Assembly (NCBI GenBank): GCA_937879875.1
Contig: CALFMN010000231.1
Location: 1 to 64,000 of the forward strand
Reading direction: 5' to 3'
Source of the DNA: an uncultured Chloroflexota bacterium
GTDB taxonomy: Bacteria; Chloroflexota; Dehalococcoidia; CAUJGQ01
Length of the DNA stretch: 64,000 nucleotides
Of the stretch, positions 19,512-29,532 are shown in pieces (the stretch's first letter is position 1; every line of letters begins with the position of its first letter). Below the pieces are notes generated by a model. The model was not told the origin of the DNA. It made no database searches and saw nothing but the letters and a program-made list of their open reading frames with translations. Both the position numbers and the translations under genes were made by a program.

Positions 19512-19523
19512 GACCGCCGCCGG

Positions 19524-21557
19524 CTACGTGCCCGGCTGCCCCCCGATTCCCGCCGCGCCGTTGTTGGCTGGCGGGGCGAGCTGCGCGCGGTTGCCGGCGA
19601 GGATCTGGGCGAGGAAGGCGGAGAACATGGCGTTGCCGCCGTCCACGCCGCCGCCGACCACGATGTCCGGCGTGATCTTCAGGCCCGCGCCCGCGATCGC
19701 CTTCATCAGCTCGATCGCCGAGAGGTTCGCCTGACCGACGGCTTCCACCTGCTTGTCGTAGGCTTCGGCCGTGGCTTTGCCGACCGCGAGGATCTTCGAG
19801 CCCTCGGCTTCGCCTTCGACGGACACGGCGCGGGCGCGGCCCTCCGCCTCGATGATCGTCTTCTGCCTGGTCTGCTCCGCCACCTGCACGCCGATCTGCG
19901 CCGAGACAAGGTCTTTCTGGCGGTCGGCCGTGGCGCGTGTGTTCTCCGTGGCGATACGCTGCTGCTCCGACTTCTGCTGCTCGATGAACATCGCCTGCTG
20001 CTGCGCGGCGATCACGCGCTTGACCTGAATCTCCATCAGATCTTCCGGCAGGATGATGCGCGAAATCAGCACGGAGACGCACTCGACGTAGTACTTCAGC
20101 AGCTCCTCGCGCGTGCGTTGCTCCGCCTTCGACTGCTCGACGGCGCGATCCTGCATGAAGTTCATCGCCTCGGTCGAAGACGCCTGGTTGCGGAACGAGG
20201 AGTCGATCATCGGATGGATCACGTGCGCGATCAGGTTGTCGATCGAGCCGATCTTCGCCACCATGTAGGGTGCCTGCTCCGGCCGGATGCGAATGACGAC
20301 TTTGACCGAGACCTTCATCACGAAGCCGTCGTGGCTGATCACTTCCAGCGGATCGAAGAGCTGCGCCCGCTTGACGCCCTGCTGCTCGGCGCCGGTGTCG
20401 TCGTCGGCCCAGTCGATCGTCATGTTGGTCGTGGGAATGATGTAGGCGATGTACGCCCAGCGGTTCAAATAGTAGACGCCCGGGCCGAGCACTTCGGACT
20501 GAATGCCGCGGTAGGCCACGGGCACCACGTAGCGCTCCTGGCCGACCGACTCGCGGTCTTCATCAGACATCGTCTCCGAAGGCTTGCCCACGTTGGAGAC
20601 AAGCACGGCGACCTCGCCGCGCTCGACCGTCGCCACGAGATCCAGCTTCACGTCAAACATCATCGGGTTGATGTAATAGGTACCCGGCTTCAGCAGGTCG
20701 TACTGCGGGCCGCGCTGACCGCCGCTCGCCAGGAAGGCCGAGGCGTTCTGGAAGTCGTCGTGGCCCTCCACCGAGGCGGCGACGACCTCGCCGGGCGGCA
20801 GCGGCGCCCCGTCTTTGGCCGTGACCATACCCACCTGGCCGGCGGCCACGATCGTTGCGGGCTGTACTTCGACGGTGAACAGATCGCTGTTGAGGCGGTA
20901 GCGGCCGGGCAACAGCAGCTCGATCTGCGGCCCGCGCTGGCCACCGGAATCGAGGAAGGTCTGGCCGCTCTGGTAGCCCGAGTGGCCAACCACTGACTGC
21001 GCCAGCAGCCGCCCCGCGGCCATCGGCGCGCCGTCGCGGGCGCTGATCAGGCCGACGTGGCCCTGCGGCACCAGCACCGCCGGATCGTTGCGTACATGGA
21101 AGAGATAGGTGTTGATACGGTACTTGCCCGGCGGCAGCACGTCGACCTGCGGGCCTTTCTGGCCGCCGTTGCGCAGAAACGCCTCGCCGTCTTGGAACGA
21201 GTCGTGGCCGTCCACATGCCGGGCGAAAATGCGCCCCGGATCCAGTGGCAGGCCGTCGATCGCCTCAACCAGGCCGACCTCGTCCTCGCCGATCACGATC
21301 ATGTCGCCCTTGGCGACGCGGTAGCGGAAGGGCGGCAGCAGCTTCAGGCCCGGCTGCAGCGCCCGCGCCTGGATGCCGACCTCGCCGGGCAAAGCGACGA
21401 CGCGACCGGGCGGCAGCGGCTTGCCGACGTATTTGCGCTCGACCAGTCCGATCTGCTGGCCGCCGACGTTGACCAGCATGTGCCCGGCGGCGGCGAGAAT
21501 CAGCCCGGCAACCACGATGACTCCGAGAATGACGAGGATTGGGATCAGCACCATCAC
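19524..21557 (-). CDS. flotillin/SPFH (band 7) family protein with N-terminal triple repeat
   Basis: N-terminal TM anchor, three GH(D/S)xFQ...GGQRGPQ modules, SPFH core and EA-rich flotillin coiled coil. Confidence 0.85.
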   Translation of the reverse strand: MMVLIPILVILGVIVVAGLILAAAGHMLVNVGGQQIGLVERKYVGKPLPPGRVVALPGEVGIQARALQPGLKLLPPFRYRVAKGDMIVIGEDEVGLVEAIDGLPLDPGRIFARHVDGHDSFQDGEAFLRNGGQKGPQVDVLPPGKYRINTYLFHVRNDPAVLVPQGHVGLISARDGAPMAAGRLLAQSVVGHSGYQSGQTFLDSGGQRGPQIELLLPGRYRLNSDLFTVEVQPATIVAAGQVGMVTAKDGAPLPPGEVVAASVEGHDDFQNASAFLASGGQRGPQYDLLKPGTYYINPMMFDVKLDLVATVERGEVAVLVSNVGKPSETMSDEDRESVGQERYVVPVAYRGIQSEVLGPGVYYLNRWAYIAYIIPTTNMTIDWADDDTGAEQQGVKRAQLFDPLEVISHDGFVMKVSVKVVIRIRPEQAPYMVAKIGSIDNLIAHVIHPMIDSSFRNQASSTEAMNFMQDRAVEQSKAEQRTREELLKYYVECVSVLISRIILPEDLMEIQVKRVIAAQQQAMFIEQQKSEQQRIATENTRATADRQKDLVSAQIGVQVAEQTRQKTIIEAEGRARAVSVEGEAEGSKILAVGKATAEAYDKQVEAVGQANLSAIELMKAIAGAGLKITPDIVVGGGVDGGNAMFSAFLAQILAGNRAQLAPPANNGAAGIGGQPGT

Positions 21558-21961
21558 GGCCCCTCCGCCAGCAAGAACGCGCTCCGGCGGTTACTCAACG
21601 CGGCGACGGGCTTCGCGCTGCGCCCGACTCTTGCCGAACCGGGCTCGGAACGTCCACCTTGCTGGCGATCTGATCCTACTCCTGTGGCATGCCCTCGGTT
21701 GCCCGGCCGCTCGGGTCGCCTTGCAACGGCCATTGGGGCCGTGTTCGCGCGGCCAACCGACACGGGCACACCTACGCAGGCGTGCGCGCGGCGATCGCGG
21801 AGCTGTACGGCGCGCCTGATGGCAGTTTCGTCGCTCAATCGTTACTCATGCGCCTTATTACGGACTTACCCTGATGCCGCGCACGGGCGCCGGGCTCGAT
21901 GCTCGCGGTGAACGGACCGCTCGCAGGCGAAAGGCGGTCGTTAGCCGTGGGTGAGCTGGCG

Positions 21962-22288
21962 ATGAACGAGACACAGCGCGTCATCCGGCGATTCGAGGGA
22001 ACCTTTGCAGGCCGCGCTCTGCAAGACGACGGCCGCCTGGCCGGCGGGCGCTTCGCGGACACGAGCGGCCCCGCGCTGGGCGTCGCCCTCAAACTGCCGA
22101 CCGCACACCCATCCGCCTGCCGTCGCATTCGCCTGGCCGCGCGCACCGCCTTCGTCGACTACGCGATCGAGCGGCCCACGCTCGGTATCTGCCCGGACGA
22201 TCTGCTCGCGGTGCGCCTTTGGACCGGCGCCTTCGAAGCAGGCGTGATGGCGCGTTCGGAAAACCCCACCAGCCTCCGCGCCGGTTGA
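21962..22288 (+). CDS. hypothetical protein
   Basis: High GC3 and normal amino-acid composition, unlike the overlapping minus-strand ORF; no recognisable domain. Confidence 0.3.
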   Translation: MNETQRVIRRFEGTFAGRALQDDGRLAGGRFADTSGPALGVALKLPTAHPSACRRIRLAARTAFVDYAIERPTLGICPDDLLAVRLWTGAFEAGVMARSENPTSLRAG

Positions 22289-22396
22289 TTCACCCGGACT
22301 GACCAGCGGCGGACATCTTCGGTGGCGGCGCTGCGGCCGATGCCTGTCGTGGGACGCTGGCCGGCCCGGCACTGCGACGATCTGGGCGTTGTCAGT

Positions 22397-23107
22397 TCAC
22401 GACGCCACTGCGCCGGTTCCGACCTCTTCCTGCCAGCGGCGCAGCGCCTGCGAACGGCGCAGCCGGTTCAGCACGCAGTGGCGCACGCGATAGACCTCGT
22501 GCACGCTCGGAAACAGGTCCGGCCGCGCAGCCTGCACCTCCGCCGGCCTCAGGCCCTGGTGAAAGGCCAGACGCATGAACACGCGCTCGTTCGCCGTATT
22601 CAGGTGGCCCTCGATTGCCCGCCAGAGGAACTGCTGGCCGATCTGCTCGATCAGGCCGTCGATCGGCGAAACGGGCTCGCTCAGCAAGGCATCCTCGCCG
22701 AGCACTTCTGCCGCGGTGCGACGCCGGCCGGCGTCGATCGCCACGCTGTTGGCGCAGAGCTTCAGGTAGCGCAGCACCGCACCGGTCTGCGGCGCTTCTT
22801 CAAGCTTCTGCGCTGAGAAGCTGCGCCAGAACTTGGCCCACGCAGAAGAAGCCAGCTCCTCCACGTCGTCGTCGCTGATCCGAGCGCGGGCGCACCAGTA
22901 CGTGACCTGTGCGTTGTAGAGGCCGAGCAGCGCGGCCCAGGCAGCTTCGCTGCCCTCGCACAGAGCCCGCCGGAACAGCTCGAAGGCGAAGCGATCGTCG
23001 TGGGCCTGGCCGCGGCGATAACGCAGGGTTTCCTCGGCGGCGCGGCAGCGGAGCGTGTCGATCGGCAATGCGGACAGCGGCTCGGAGAGGGTCAGGGTCG
23101 TGCTCAT
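22397..23107 (-). CDS. ECF-type RNA polymerase sigma factor-like protein
   Basis: Region 2-like DDVEELASSAWAKFWRSF and region 4-like ERVFMRLAFHQGLRPAEVQA...VYRVRHCVLNRLRR; start MSTTLTL with AAGGA RBS. Confidence 0.55.
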   Translation of the reverse strand: MSTTLTLSEPLSALPIDTLRCRAAEETLRYRRGQAHDDRFAFELFRRALCEGSEAAWAALLGLYNAQVTYWCARARISDDDVEELASSAWAKFWRSFSAQKLEEAPQTGAVLRYLKLCANSVAIDAGRRRTAAEVLGEDALLSEPVSPIDGLIEQIGQQFLWRAIEGHLNTANERVFMRLAFHQGLRPAEVQAARPDLFPSVHEVYRVRHCVLNRLRRSQALRRWQEEVGTGAVAS

Positions 23108-23291
23108 GGCATCGTCCTTCGCGGTTCGGGGCGGCGTATCCCGTGGGGCCATCGTGCGGCCGGCGGGCGAGGCCTGCCACGAACGATCCACCTGAACCGC
23201 CCACATAAACGCGGAAGACGGCCGGTCTGGCCGCGGTGCGTCTGGCTTTCGTCTTCGCTGCTGGTCGTTGGCGGAGGAAGGCGAAGCGACT

Positions 23292-23873
23292 CTAGCTGCC
23301 CGGATAGCGCGCGAAGTCGGCGGCGCGGTCCGGCCTGACCACCGCGCCGAAGTGCTGCCAGAGGTCCGCCGCGAGCCGTTCGATCTCCGCACACAGCTCC
23401 AGAGTTGCGAGCCAGGCGGCCGGAATCGAGCCCGCACCAGGCAACACGCCGAGGATGTTGCCCGCGATTGAGCCGGTGCTGTCGCTGTCGCCGCTATGAT
23501 TCATGGCCAGCAGCACGCCGTGCGCGAAGTCTCGCGCGATGACCGCACAGTAGAGTGCGATCGCCAGCGCCTCTTCACCTGTCCAACCGGAGCCCAGCGT
23601 TTCCACCAGCGCCGACGACGGCGTGGCGCCTGATGTTGCGAGTGCCAGCGCCGCGTCGATGGCCGCGAGGGTGCCGCCCTGCCTCGGCTCGCTCGCGAGC
23701 AATTCGCGCGCCGTGGTCGCGGCGCCCAGCAGCGTCTCACCCCCGATCAGCCTGGAGATCATGGCGGCAAGGAAGCCGGCCGGCAGAGCGCCGTCGCTAT
23801 GGCCGTGCGTGATCGCCGCCAAGCGCAAAGGCCGCGGCCGGGTCGGAACGAGCGAGGCCGGCCGGTGCCACAC
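23292..23873 (-). pseudogene. ADP-ribosylglycohydrolase family, C-terminal fragment (N-terminal ~100 aa absent)
   Basis: ITHGHSDG and GDSDSTG motifs present; only 50 nt separate it from the kinase stop upstream, so no room for the N-terminal domain. Confidence 0.45.
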
Positions 23874-23922
23874 GCATCACGCCGCCGCAGCCCTTGCTGC
23901 GGCCCGCTGCGCCGGTGCAGGT

Positions 23923-25752
23923 TCAGGGCAGCTCGCGCCCAGCCGCTGCTTTGTACGGATTCGGAGCCGAGTTGCCGTGAATGTGGCCCCACGCGAACGG
24001 GACGGCACTGGTGAGGAAGACGAGGAAGAACAGACCGAGCAGGCTGTGGCCCAGCCAGGAGAGATAGCGCCGCCGCGCCGGGTAGTAGCGCACGACGGCG
24101 ATCTTGGCGAAGATCACTGCCACCAGCGCCGTGCCCAGCAGCGAGTGCAGGAAGGTGCGCCACGAGCCGGTGCCGAAGCCGAAGATGCCGAAGCAGGTGA
24201 GAAAGCCGACCGCGAGCGCGATCCAGATCGCCGCCCAGCCGGCGACGCGATGATACTGCCGCAGCTTGCGATAGGTGCGCGGCGCCAGATGGCGGTCGTC
24301 GATGATCGCCATACGCATCGTCAGCACGGCCGCGGCGGCGAACAACAGCGCCAGCAGCGCCATTACGGCTTTGAAGCCGTCGAGCTTGTCATAAATAAAC
24401 GTGGTCAGGCCGGCGGCGAACTTGCCGCTCGCGGCCGAGCGCCCCTCCGCCCACACCCAGAAGCCGATCGCGTTGATGACCAGCACCACGAGGACGCCGA
24501 CGCCGCCCCCCAGCCACTGCGCCGCCGTGAAGCGCGAGGTGCGCCGCGCCAGCCGTTGGCGGCGCTGTACGGGCGCCCGCTGCACCAACAGCTCGCGCAC
24601 CTCCGCATCGGGTACCGGTACCACGGCGGCAGACAGAGCGACAGGCGGCGCGATTGGTGGGCGTGCGGGTATCTGCACGAACCGCGTGCCGTCGAGTTCA
24701 TCGGGCGCTTCGGGGGGCAGCGGGGGCGGCGCAGCAGGTGCAGGCGGTTCAGCCGCTGGCGGCCGCAGCGAGCCGGGGCGCGGCGTAAAGCCCGGCTCCA
24801 CATCCTCGACCACGGGCGACGGCAAGACCGCGACCGTCTCCGCGATCGTTTCCGAAGCGGGAACCGTCGCTGGCGGCCGCGGCTGGGTGGGCGGGAGCGC
24901 GGCGGCGACGGGCAGATCGGGCGCCTCCTGCGCGGCGCGGCGCAGTTCACCGATGAACTGCCCGGCGCTGTCGAAGCGGTCCTCGCGCCGCTTCGCCGTG
25001 GCGCGCACGATCGCCTGCTCCAGCGCCTCCGGTGCCCGCGGAATCACGGCGCGGATCGACGGTGGCGGCGACTTGAGATGCTGCTGCATGACGGCGAGCG
25101 CCGAATTGCCGTCGTAGGGCACGCGGCCGGTGAGGATCTCGTAGGTCAGAATGCCGAAGGCGTAGATGTCGGCGCGCGGGTCCACATCTTCGCCGAGCGC
25201 CTGTTCCGGCGCCATGTAGTACGGCGTGCCCAGGATCATGCCGCCGTCGGTGTTGCCGAGGTCGAGGCTCTCCGACGCCACGCGCGCCAGCCCGAAGTCG
25301 GCAAGCAGCAAGCGCTCCTGCTCGGTGATCAGCAGGTTGATCGGCTTCAAGTCGCGATGCACGATGCCGCTGCGATGCGCGTATTCGAGCGCGTCGGCGA
25401 TCGGCGCCAGTTCCTCGATCGCTTCGGCCAGCGTGCGGAAGCCGCGGGCGCGCTCCTTGAGCGTGCCGCCCGTGGCGATCTCCATCACCAGATAGGCCAG
25501 CTCGCCCTGCTCGCCGAAGTCGTAGACCGTAACGATGTTGGGGTGGCTCAGGCGGGCGACGGCCTTCGCCTCGCGCAGGAAGCGCAGCAGAAAGGTCGGG
25601 TCGGCGTTGAACGAGGGGTTGATGACCTTGATCGCCACCGGCCGCTCGAGCGTGGTGTGGGTGGCGCGATAGACCTCGGCCATGCCGCCCGTGCCGAGCA
25701 GATCCTCGACAGCGTACGACCCGAGGCGCTGGCCCGCGTGCAGAATCGCCAT
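23923..25752 (-). CDS. Ser/Thr protein kinase with Pro-rich linker and C-terminal polytopic His-containing membrane domain
   Basis: Complete Hanks kinase (HRDLKPIN, DFG, APE); about 5 TM helices at the C-terminus with conserved His. Confidence 0.85.
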   Translation of the reverse strand: MAILHAGQRLGSYAVEDLLGTGGMAEVYRATHTTLERPVAIKVINPSFNADPTFLLRFLREAKAVARLSHPNIVTVYDFGEQGELAYLVMEIATGGTLKERARGFRTLAEAIEELAPIADALEYAHRSGIVHRDLKPINLLITEQERLLLADFGLARVASESLDLGNTDGGMILGTPYYMAPEQALGEDVDPRADIYAFGILTYEILTGRVPYDGNSALAVMQQHLKSPPPSIRAVIPRAPEALEQAIVRATAKRREDRFDSAGQFIGELRRAAQEAPDLPVAAALPPTQPRPPATVPASETIAETVAVLPSPVVEDVEPGFTPRPGSLRPPAAEPPAPAAPPPLPPEAPDELDGTRFVQIPARPPIAPPVALSAAVVPVPDAEVRELLVQRAPVQRRQRLARRTSRFTAAQWLGGGVGVLVVLVINAIGFWVWAEGRSAASGKFAAGLTTFIYDKLDGFKAVMALLALLFAAAAVLTMRMAIIDDRHLAPRTYRKLRQYHRVAGWAAIWIALAVGFLTCFGIFGFGTGSWRTFLHSLLGTALVAVIFAKIAVVRYYPARRRYLSWLGHSLLGLFFLVFLTSAVPFAWGHIHGNSAPNPYKAAAGRELP

Positions 25753-26061
25753 CCTCGTCCTCTGCCCGGCCCGGACTTTGGCCGTAGCGATAGCATAGCC
25801 GAGCTGGGCTTCCGGTTCACGCCGCTGTTTCCAGGTGTACGCCTGGCTGCGGGCTGGCGGATCGCGGCCGCTGCGCCGATCGTACCCCGGCGATGCGCGC
25901 GTGCAACGCCTCGCCCAGCGCGCCGAGATCTACGCCGCGCGCGACGTGGCCGAGTTCGAGGGCCAGGTCAATGGCCTCTGGCCGACGGCTGGGCGCAGGC
26001 AGCACGGTTTCCGGCCCGCGGGCTTCCGGTCAGGCCCGCGCCTGCCCGTATACTGGACGGG

Positions 26062-27693
26062 ATGGCTAGCTTGCCTCCCGACCGCCCGCTGCCCGCCGCA
26101 CTCGCGCCGCAGCACCCGCCGCCGGAGCCGAACGCCTCGCCGGCCGCTGCGCCGACACGCTGGCGGCAGCGGCTGCGCGACCTGCAAGGAGACGATACCG
26201 GTGAGCAGATCGCCGCGCTGCTGGTCTGCGGCGTTGCGGCCGAGCTGTTCTTCGTCATCCTTGCCGCCCGCTTCTGGCTGACGAAGTTCTTTCCCAATGC
26301 GCCGGGCAGCGGCGCGATCTCCGTCGGCTTTCCGCAGATGATGAGCGGCGATTGGGCGGCGGATGCCCGCTGGCTGACGCTCGTGCTTGCAGCGCCGTTT
26401 GGGGCGTTCGTCGTGGCGTTGTGGTATGCGCGGGCGGCGCGCTCGCGCCTCGCGGCGGCGATCGTCTTCGGCTTCGCCCTGGTCTTCGGCGTTACCTTGC
26501 TCGGTTGTTATCCGATCACGGCGGCGGACCTGTTCCATTATCTGGCGGACGCGCGCACGCTCTGGGTCTATCACGCGAACCCGATGCAGACGCCGCCCCA
26601 GGCGCACCCCTTCGTGATCGGCATCAGCTGGGCACAGCAGCCATCGCCGTACGGTCCGCTCTGGCAGGTGCTGGCGCTGCTGCCCGTCGCCGTCACCGAC
26701 GACCACTACGTGGCGGGCGTGATCGGTTTCAAGCTGCTGGGTCTCGTCTCATACCTGGCCTGCGGCGCGCTGATCTATCTCACCGTGCGCCGCACCTGGC
26801 CGGGGCGCGAGCTGCCGGCGGCGCTGGTCTTTCTCTGGAACCCGTTTGTCGTCTTCCGCGTGGTGGGCAACGGCCACAACGATGCGACGATGATGGCCTT
26901 CGCGCTGGCGGCGTTCTACTTCATCCCGCAGCGGCGCTGGCGGCTCGCGTTGCCGCTGCTGGCGCTCTCGATCTGCATCAAGTATTCGACGGCGCTGCTG
27001 GTGCCGCCCGTGCTGGTCTACGGCTGGTTCGCATCCAATGCATCCGAGCGGCGGAGGTTGGCGCAGGGCGTGGGGCTCGCGCTGCTGCTGACGCTGGCGA
27101 TCTTCGCGCCGTTCTGGCGCGGCGCCGACACGTTCAAGACCTTCATCCAGAACACGAACCTGATCATTACGTCGGTGCCGGAAGTCGTGACGGTGCTGAT
27201 CCATCCGGCGACGACGCTCGCGGCGCCGGATGCGGATGTGAAGCTCGCGGGCTACCTCGTCTTCGGCCTGGCCTATCTGGCCGTGCTCGTCGCGCTGGCG
27301 CGGCGAGCGACCTTTGAGCGGCTGATCGCCGGCTGCGCGATCGTCTTCATCGTCTATCTCACCGCCAGCACCTGGTGGTTCCGGCCGTGGTACTTCCTCT
27401 GGTTCCTCGCGCTGACGGCGCTGCTGCCGAGTTTCTGGTGGAACGCTCTGGCGCTGGCGGCGACCTTCGGCGCCACGTTTTTCGACATCGTGGAGCAGTA
27501 CCGCACCAACTGGACGTGGGTCTGGTCGAGCAACTTCCGCGCCTACGCGGCGCCGGTGGCATGCGTCTTTGTGCCACTGCTCCTGATGCTGGCGATCGGT
27601 GTGCTCTGGACCCGGAGCTGGACTATGCTTGAGCGCCGACCAGGTGGGCATAGCTGGCTCTCGCGCTTGACGCCGGACCGCGGCACGGTATGA
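26062..27693 (+). CDS. DUF2029/GT87-like polyprenol-dependent membrane glycosyl(mannosyl)transferase
   Basis: Multi-TM protein with PYGPLW and NGHND motifs; upstream part of the track ORF is antisense to the kinase. Confidence 0.7.
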   Translation: MASLPPDRPLPAALAPQHPPPEPNASPAAAPTRWRQRLRDLQGDDTGEQIAALLVCGVAAELFFVILAARFWLTKFFPNAPGSGAISVGFPQMMSGDWAADARWLTLVLAAPFGAFVVALWYARAARSRLAAAIVFGFALVFGVTLLGCYPITAADLFHYLADARTLWVYHANPMQTPPQAHPFVIGISWAQQPSPYGPLWQVLALLPVAVTDDHYVAGVIGFKLLGLVSYLACGALIYLTVRRTWPGRELPAALVFLWNPFVVFRVVGNGHNDATMMAFALAAFYFIPQRRWRLALPLLALSICIKYSTALLVPPVLVYGWFASNASERRRLAQGVGLALLLTLAIFAPFWRGADTFKTFIQNTNLIITSVPEVVTVLIHPATTLAAPDADVKLAGYLVFGLAYLAVLVALARRATFERLIAGCAIVFIVYLTASTWWFRPWYFLWFLALTALLPSFWWNALALAATFGATFFDIVEQYRTNWTWVWSSNFRAYAAPVACVFVPLLLMLAIGVLWTRSWTMLERRPGGHSWLSRLTPDRGTV

Positions 27694-27788
27694 TCGGCGC
27701 GTGGCGTTGCCGCATGGGCGCGCAGCGCTTCCCCCAACGGCAGAGAACACGTCCGGCGATCACACTCCGGCCCCATGCGAGGTGAGCG

Positions 27789-28043
27789 ATGGCGATCCGC
27801 GGCTACGTGCTGATCGAAACCGAGGTCGGGAGCGCCCGCAGCGTTGGCGAGCAGATGCAGCGCATGAACCATCAGGACGCGCGTGTGGTTGCCGTCGATA
27901 CCGTCACAGGGCCGTACGATGTGATCGTGCAGCTCGAAGCCGAGGATCTGGACAAGCTCGGCAACTGCATCACCGACGGCATCCAGGCCGTGGGCGGCGT
28001 CAAGCGCACCACCACCTGCCTCGCCGTGCGCCTGGGCGGATGA
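27789..28043 (+). CDS. Lrp/AsnC ligand-binding-domain-only protein
   Basis: 84 aa RAM/AsnC_trans_reg-like domain; GAGGTGA RBS. Confidence 0.6.
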   Translation: MAIRGYVLIETEVGSARSVGEQMQRMNHQDARVVAVDTVTGPYDVIVQLEAEDLDKLGNCITDGIQAVGGVKRTTTCLAVRLGG

Positions 28044-28065
28044 ACGGCTCTTTGGGATTTGCGGC

Positions 28066-29325
28066 ATGATCAGTGTCGAAGAAGCGCTCGAACGCATCCT
28101 CTCCTTCGTGCACGAGCTGGAGCCCGAGGAGCAGCCGCTGCTGAGCGCGCTCGGCCAGGTGCTGGCGGAAGACGCCGTGGCGTCGTTCAGTATCCCGCCG
28201 CTGGACAACACCGCGATGGACGGCTACGCCGTGATCGCGGCGAGCACGGAGGGCGCCTCTGAGGCGCAGCCGGTGACGCTGCGGGTGATCGGCGAGCTGG
28301 CCGCCGGCTACGTCTATGACGGCGAGGTTTCGCCCGGCACGGCCGTGCGCATCATGACCGGCGCGCCCATGCCGCGTGGCGCTGACTCGATCGTGCCCTT
28401 TGAAGAGACCGATGAAACGGGCTTTGTGCCGCCGAACAAGACGGGCGCCCTCGATACGACCGTGCGCGTGTTCAAGGCTGCGAAGCCCGGCAACAACATC
28501 CGCTGCAGCGGCGAAGATGTGCACGAGGGCGAAGTGGTGCTGCCGCGCGGCACGTTTCTGCGCCCGGCGCACATCGGCGTGCTCGCGTCGCTCGGCCGCA
28601 CCAGCGTGCGTGTAATCCGCCGGCCGGTCGTGGCGATCCTCTCCACCGGCGACGAGATTCTGGAGCCCGGCGAGCAGCGCCGGCCGGGCACGATCTACGA
28701 CAGCAATGCCTACAGCCTCGCCTCGCTGGTGACGCGCGCCGGCGGTGTGCCGCTGCGGCTGGGCATCGCCCGCGACACGATCGAAGACCTGACCGCGAAA
28801 GTACACGCAGGGCTGAGCGCCGATCTGCTGATCACCTCGGCCGGCGTGTCGCGCGGCGATTTTGATGTGGTCAAAGACGTGCTGCAGCGCGAAGGCAGCA
28901 TCGACTTTCATCTCGTCAACATGCGCCCCGGCAAGCCGCTCGCCTTCGGCACGTTTCGCCAGGGCGAGCGCGTGGTGCCGCACATCGGCCTGCCGGGCAA
29001 CCCGGTCAGCTCGATGCTGGTCTTTGAGCTGTTCGGCCGGCCGGCGCTGTACACGATGCTCGGCCGGCCGCAGACGCAGAAGCTGACGGTTCAGGCTGTG
29101 ACCAAAGACCGCCTGCGCATGACGGATGGCCGCCGCTTTTACGCCCGCTGCATCGTCTCGCGCGAAAACGGCGGCTGGGTGGCGCGGCTCGCCGGATCGC
29201 AAAGCTCCGGCGTGCTCACCTCGATGGCCCGCGCCAACGGCCTTGCCGTCGTGCCCGAAGGCAGCCCCGACGTGCAGCCAGGCGAAACGGTGACGGTGAT
29301 GCTGCTCGACAGCGAGATCGAGTAG
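28066..29325 (+). CDS. moeA: molybdopterin molybdenumtransferase
   Basis: Full-length MoeA domains (PLDNTAMDGYAV...; GGVS MoCF-binding region). Confidence 0.9.
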   Translation: MISVEEALERILSFVHELEPEEQPLLSALGQVLAEDAVASFSIPPLDNTAMDGYAVIAASTEGASEAQPVTLRVIGELAAGYVYDGEVSPGTAVRIMTGAPMPRGADSIVPFEETDETGFVPPNKTGALDTTVRVFKAAKPGNNIRCSGEDVHEGEVVLPRGTFLRPAHIGVLASLGRTSVRVIRRPVVAILSTGDEILEPGEQRRPGTIYDSNAYSLASLVTRAGGVPLRLGIARDTIEDLTAKVHAGLSADLLITSAGVSRGDFDVVKDVLQREGSIDFHLVNMRPGKPLAFGTFRQGERVVPHIGLPGNPVSSMLVFELFGRPALYTMLGRPQTQKLTVQAVTKDRLRMTDGRRFYARCIVSRENGGWVARLAGSQSSGVLTSMARANGLAVVPEGSPDVQPGETVTVMLLDSEIE

Positions 29326-29334
29326 CCCGCCCTC

Positions 29335-29524
29335 TATCCCCCGTCCCCCCTTTCTCCCAATCGTTCACATCGCGCACAGCGCGATCTGGAATGGAGAAAG
29401 GGGCGATCGTGCGCAGCACGACTCGGACGCTGCCGGGTTAACCGTTTGGTGCTCGGAACGCTTCAGGCTGGATCGCCCCTCGCCCAGGATTGGGAGAGGG
29501 GACGGGGGTGAGGGCGAGGGCCGG
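29335..29524. mobile_element. MITE-like element family A, copy 5 (left TIR with loop insertion, right TIR intact)
   Basis: Between convergent moeA and hydrolase genes; GGGTTAACCGTTTGGTGCTCGGAACGCT internal motif. Confidence 0.55.
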
Positions 29525-29532
29525 CGACGCTG

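Noticed and set aside
21941-22372. 143-aa minus-strand ORF downstream of the sigma factor (possible anti-sigma)
   Set aside because: His/Arg-rich off-frame-like composition. The overlapping plus-strand ORF has protein-like composition and high GC3. No anti-sigma motifs seen.
23623-26061. N-terminal 800 codons of the 1356-aa plus-strand ORF
   Set aside because: Antisense to the ADP-ribosylglycohydrolase fragment and the Ser/Thr kinase. Only the C-terminal 543 codons (26062-27693) encode a recognisable DUF2029 membrane protein with its own start.
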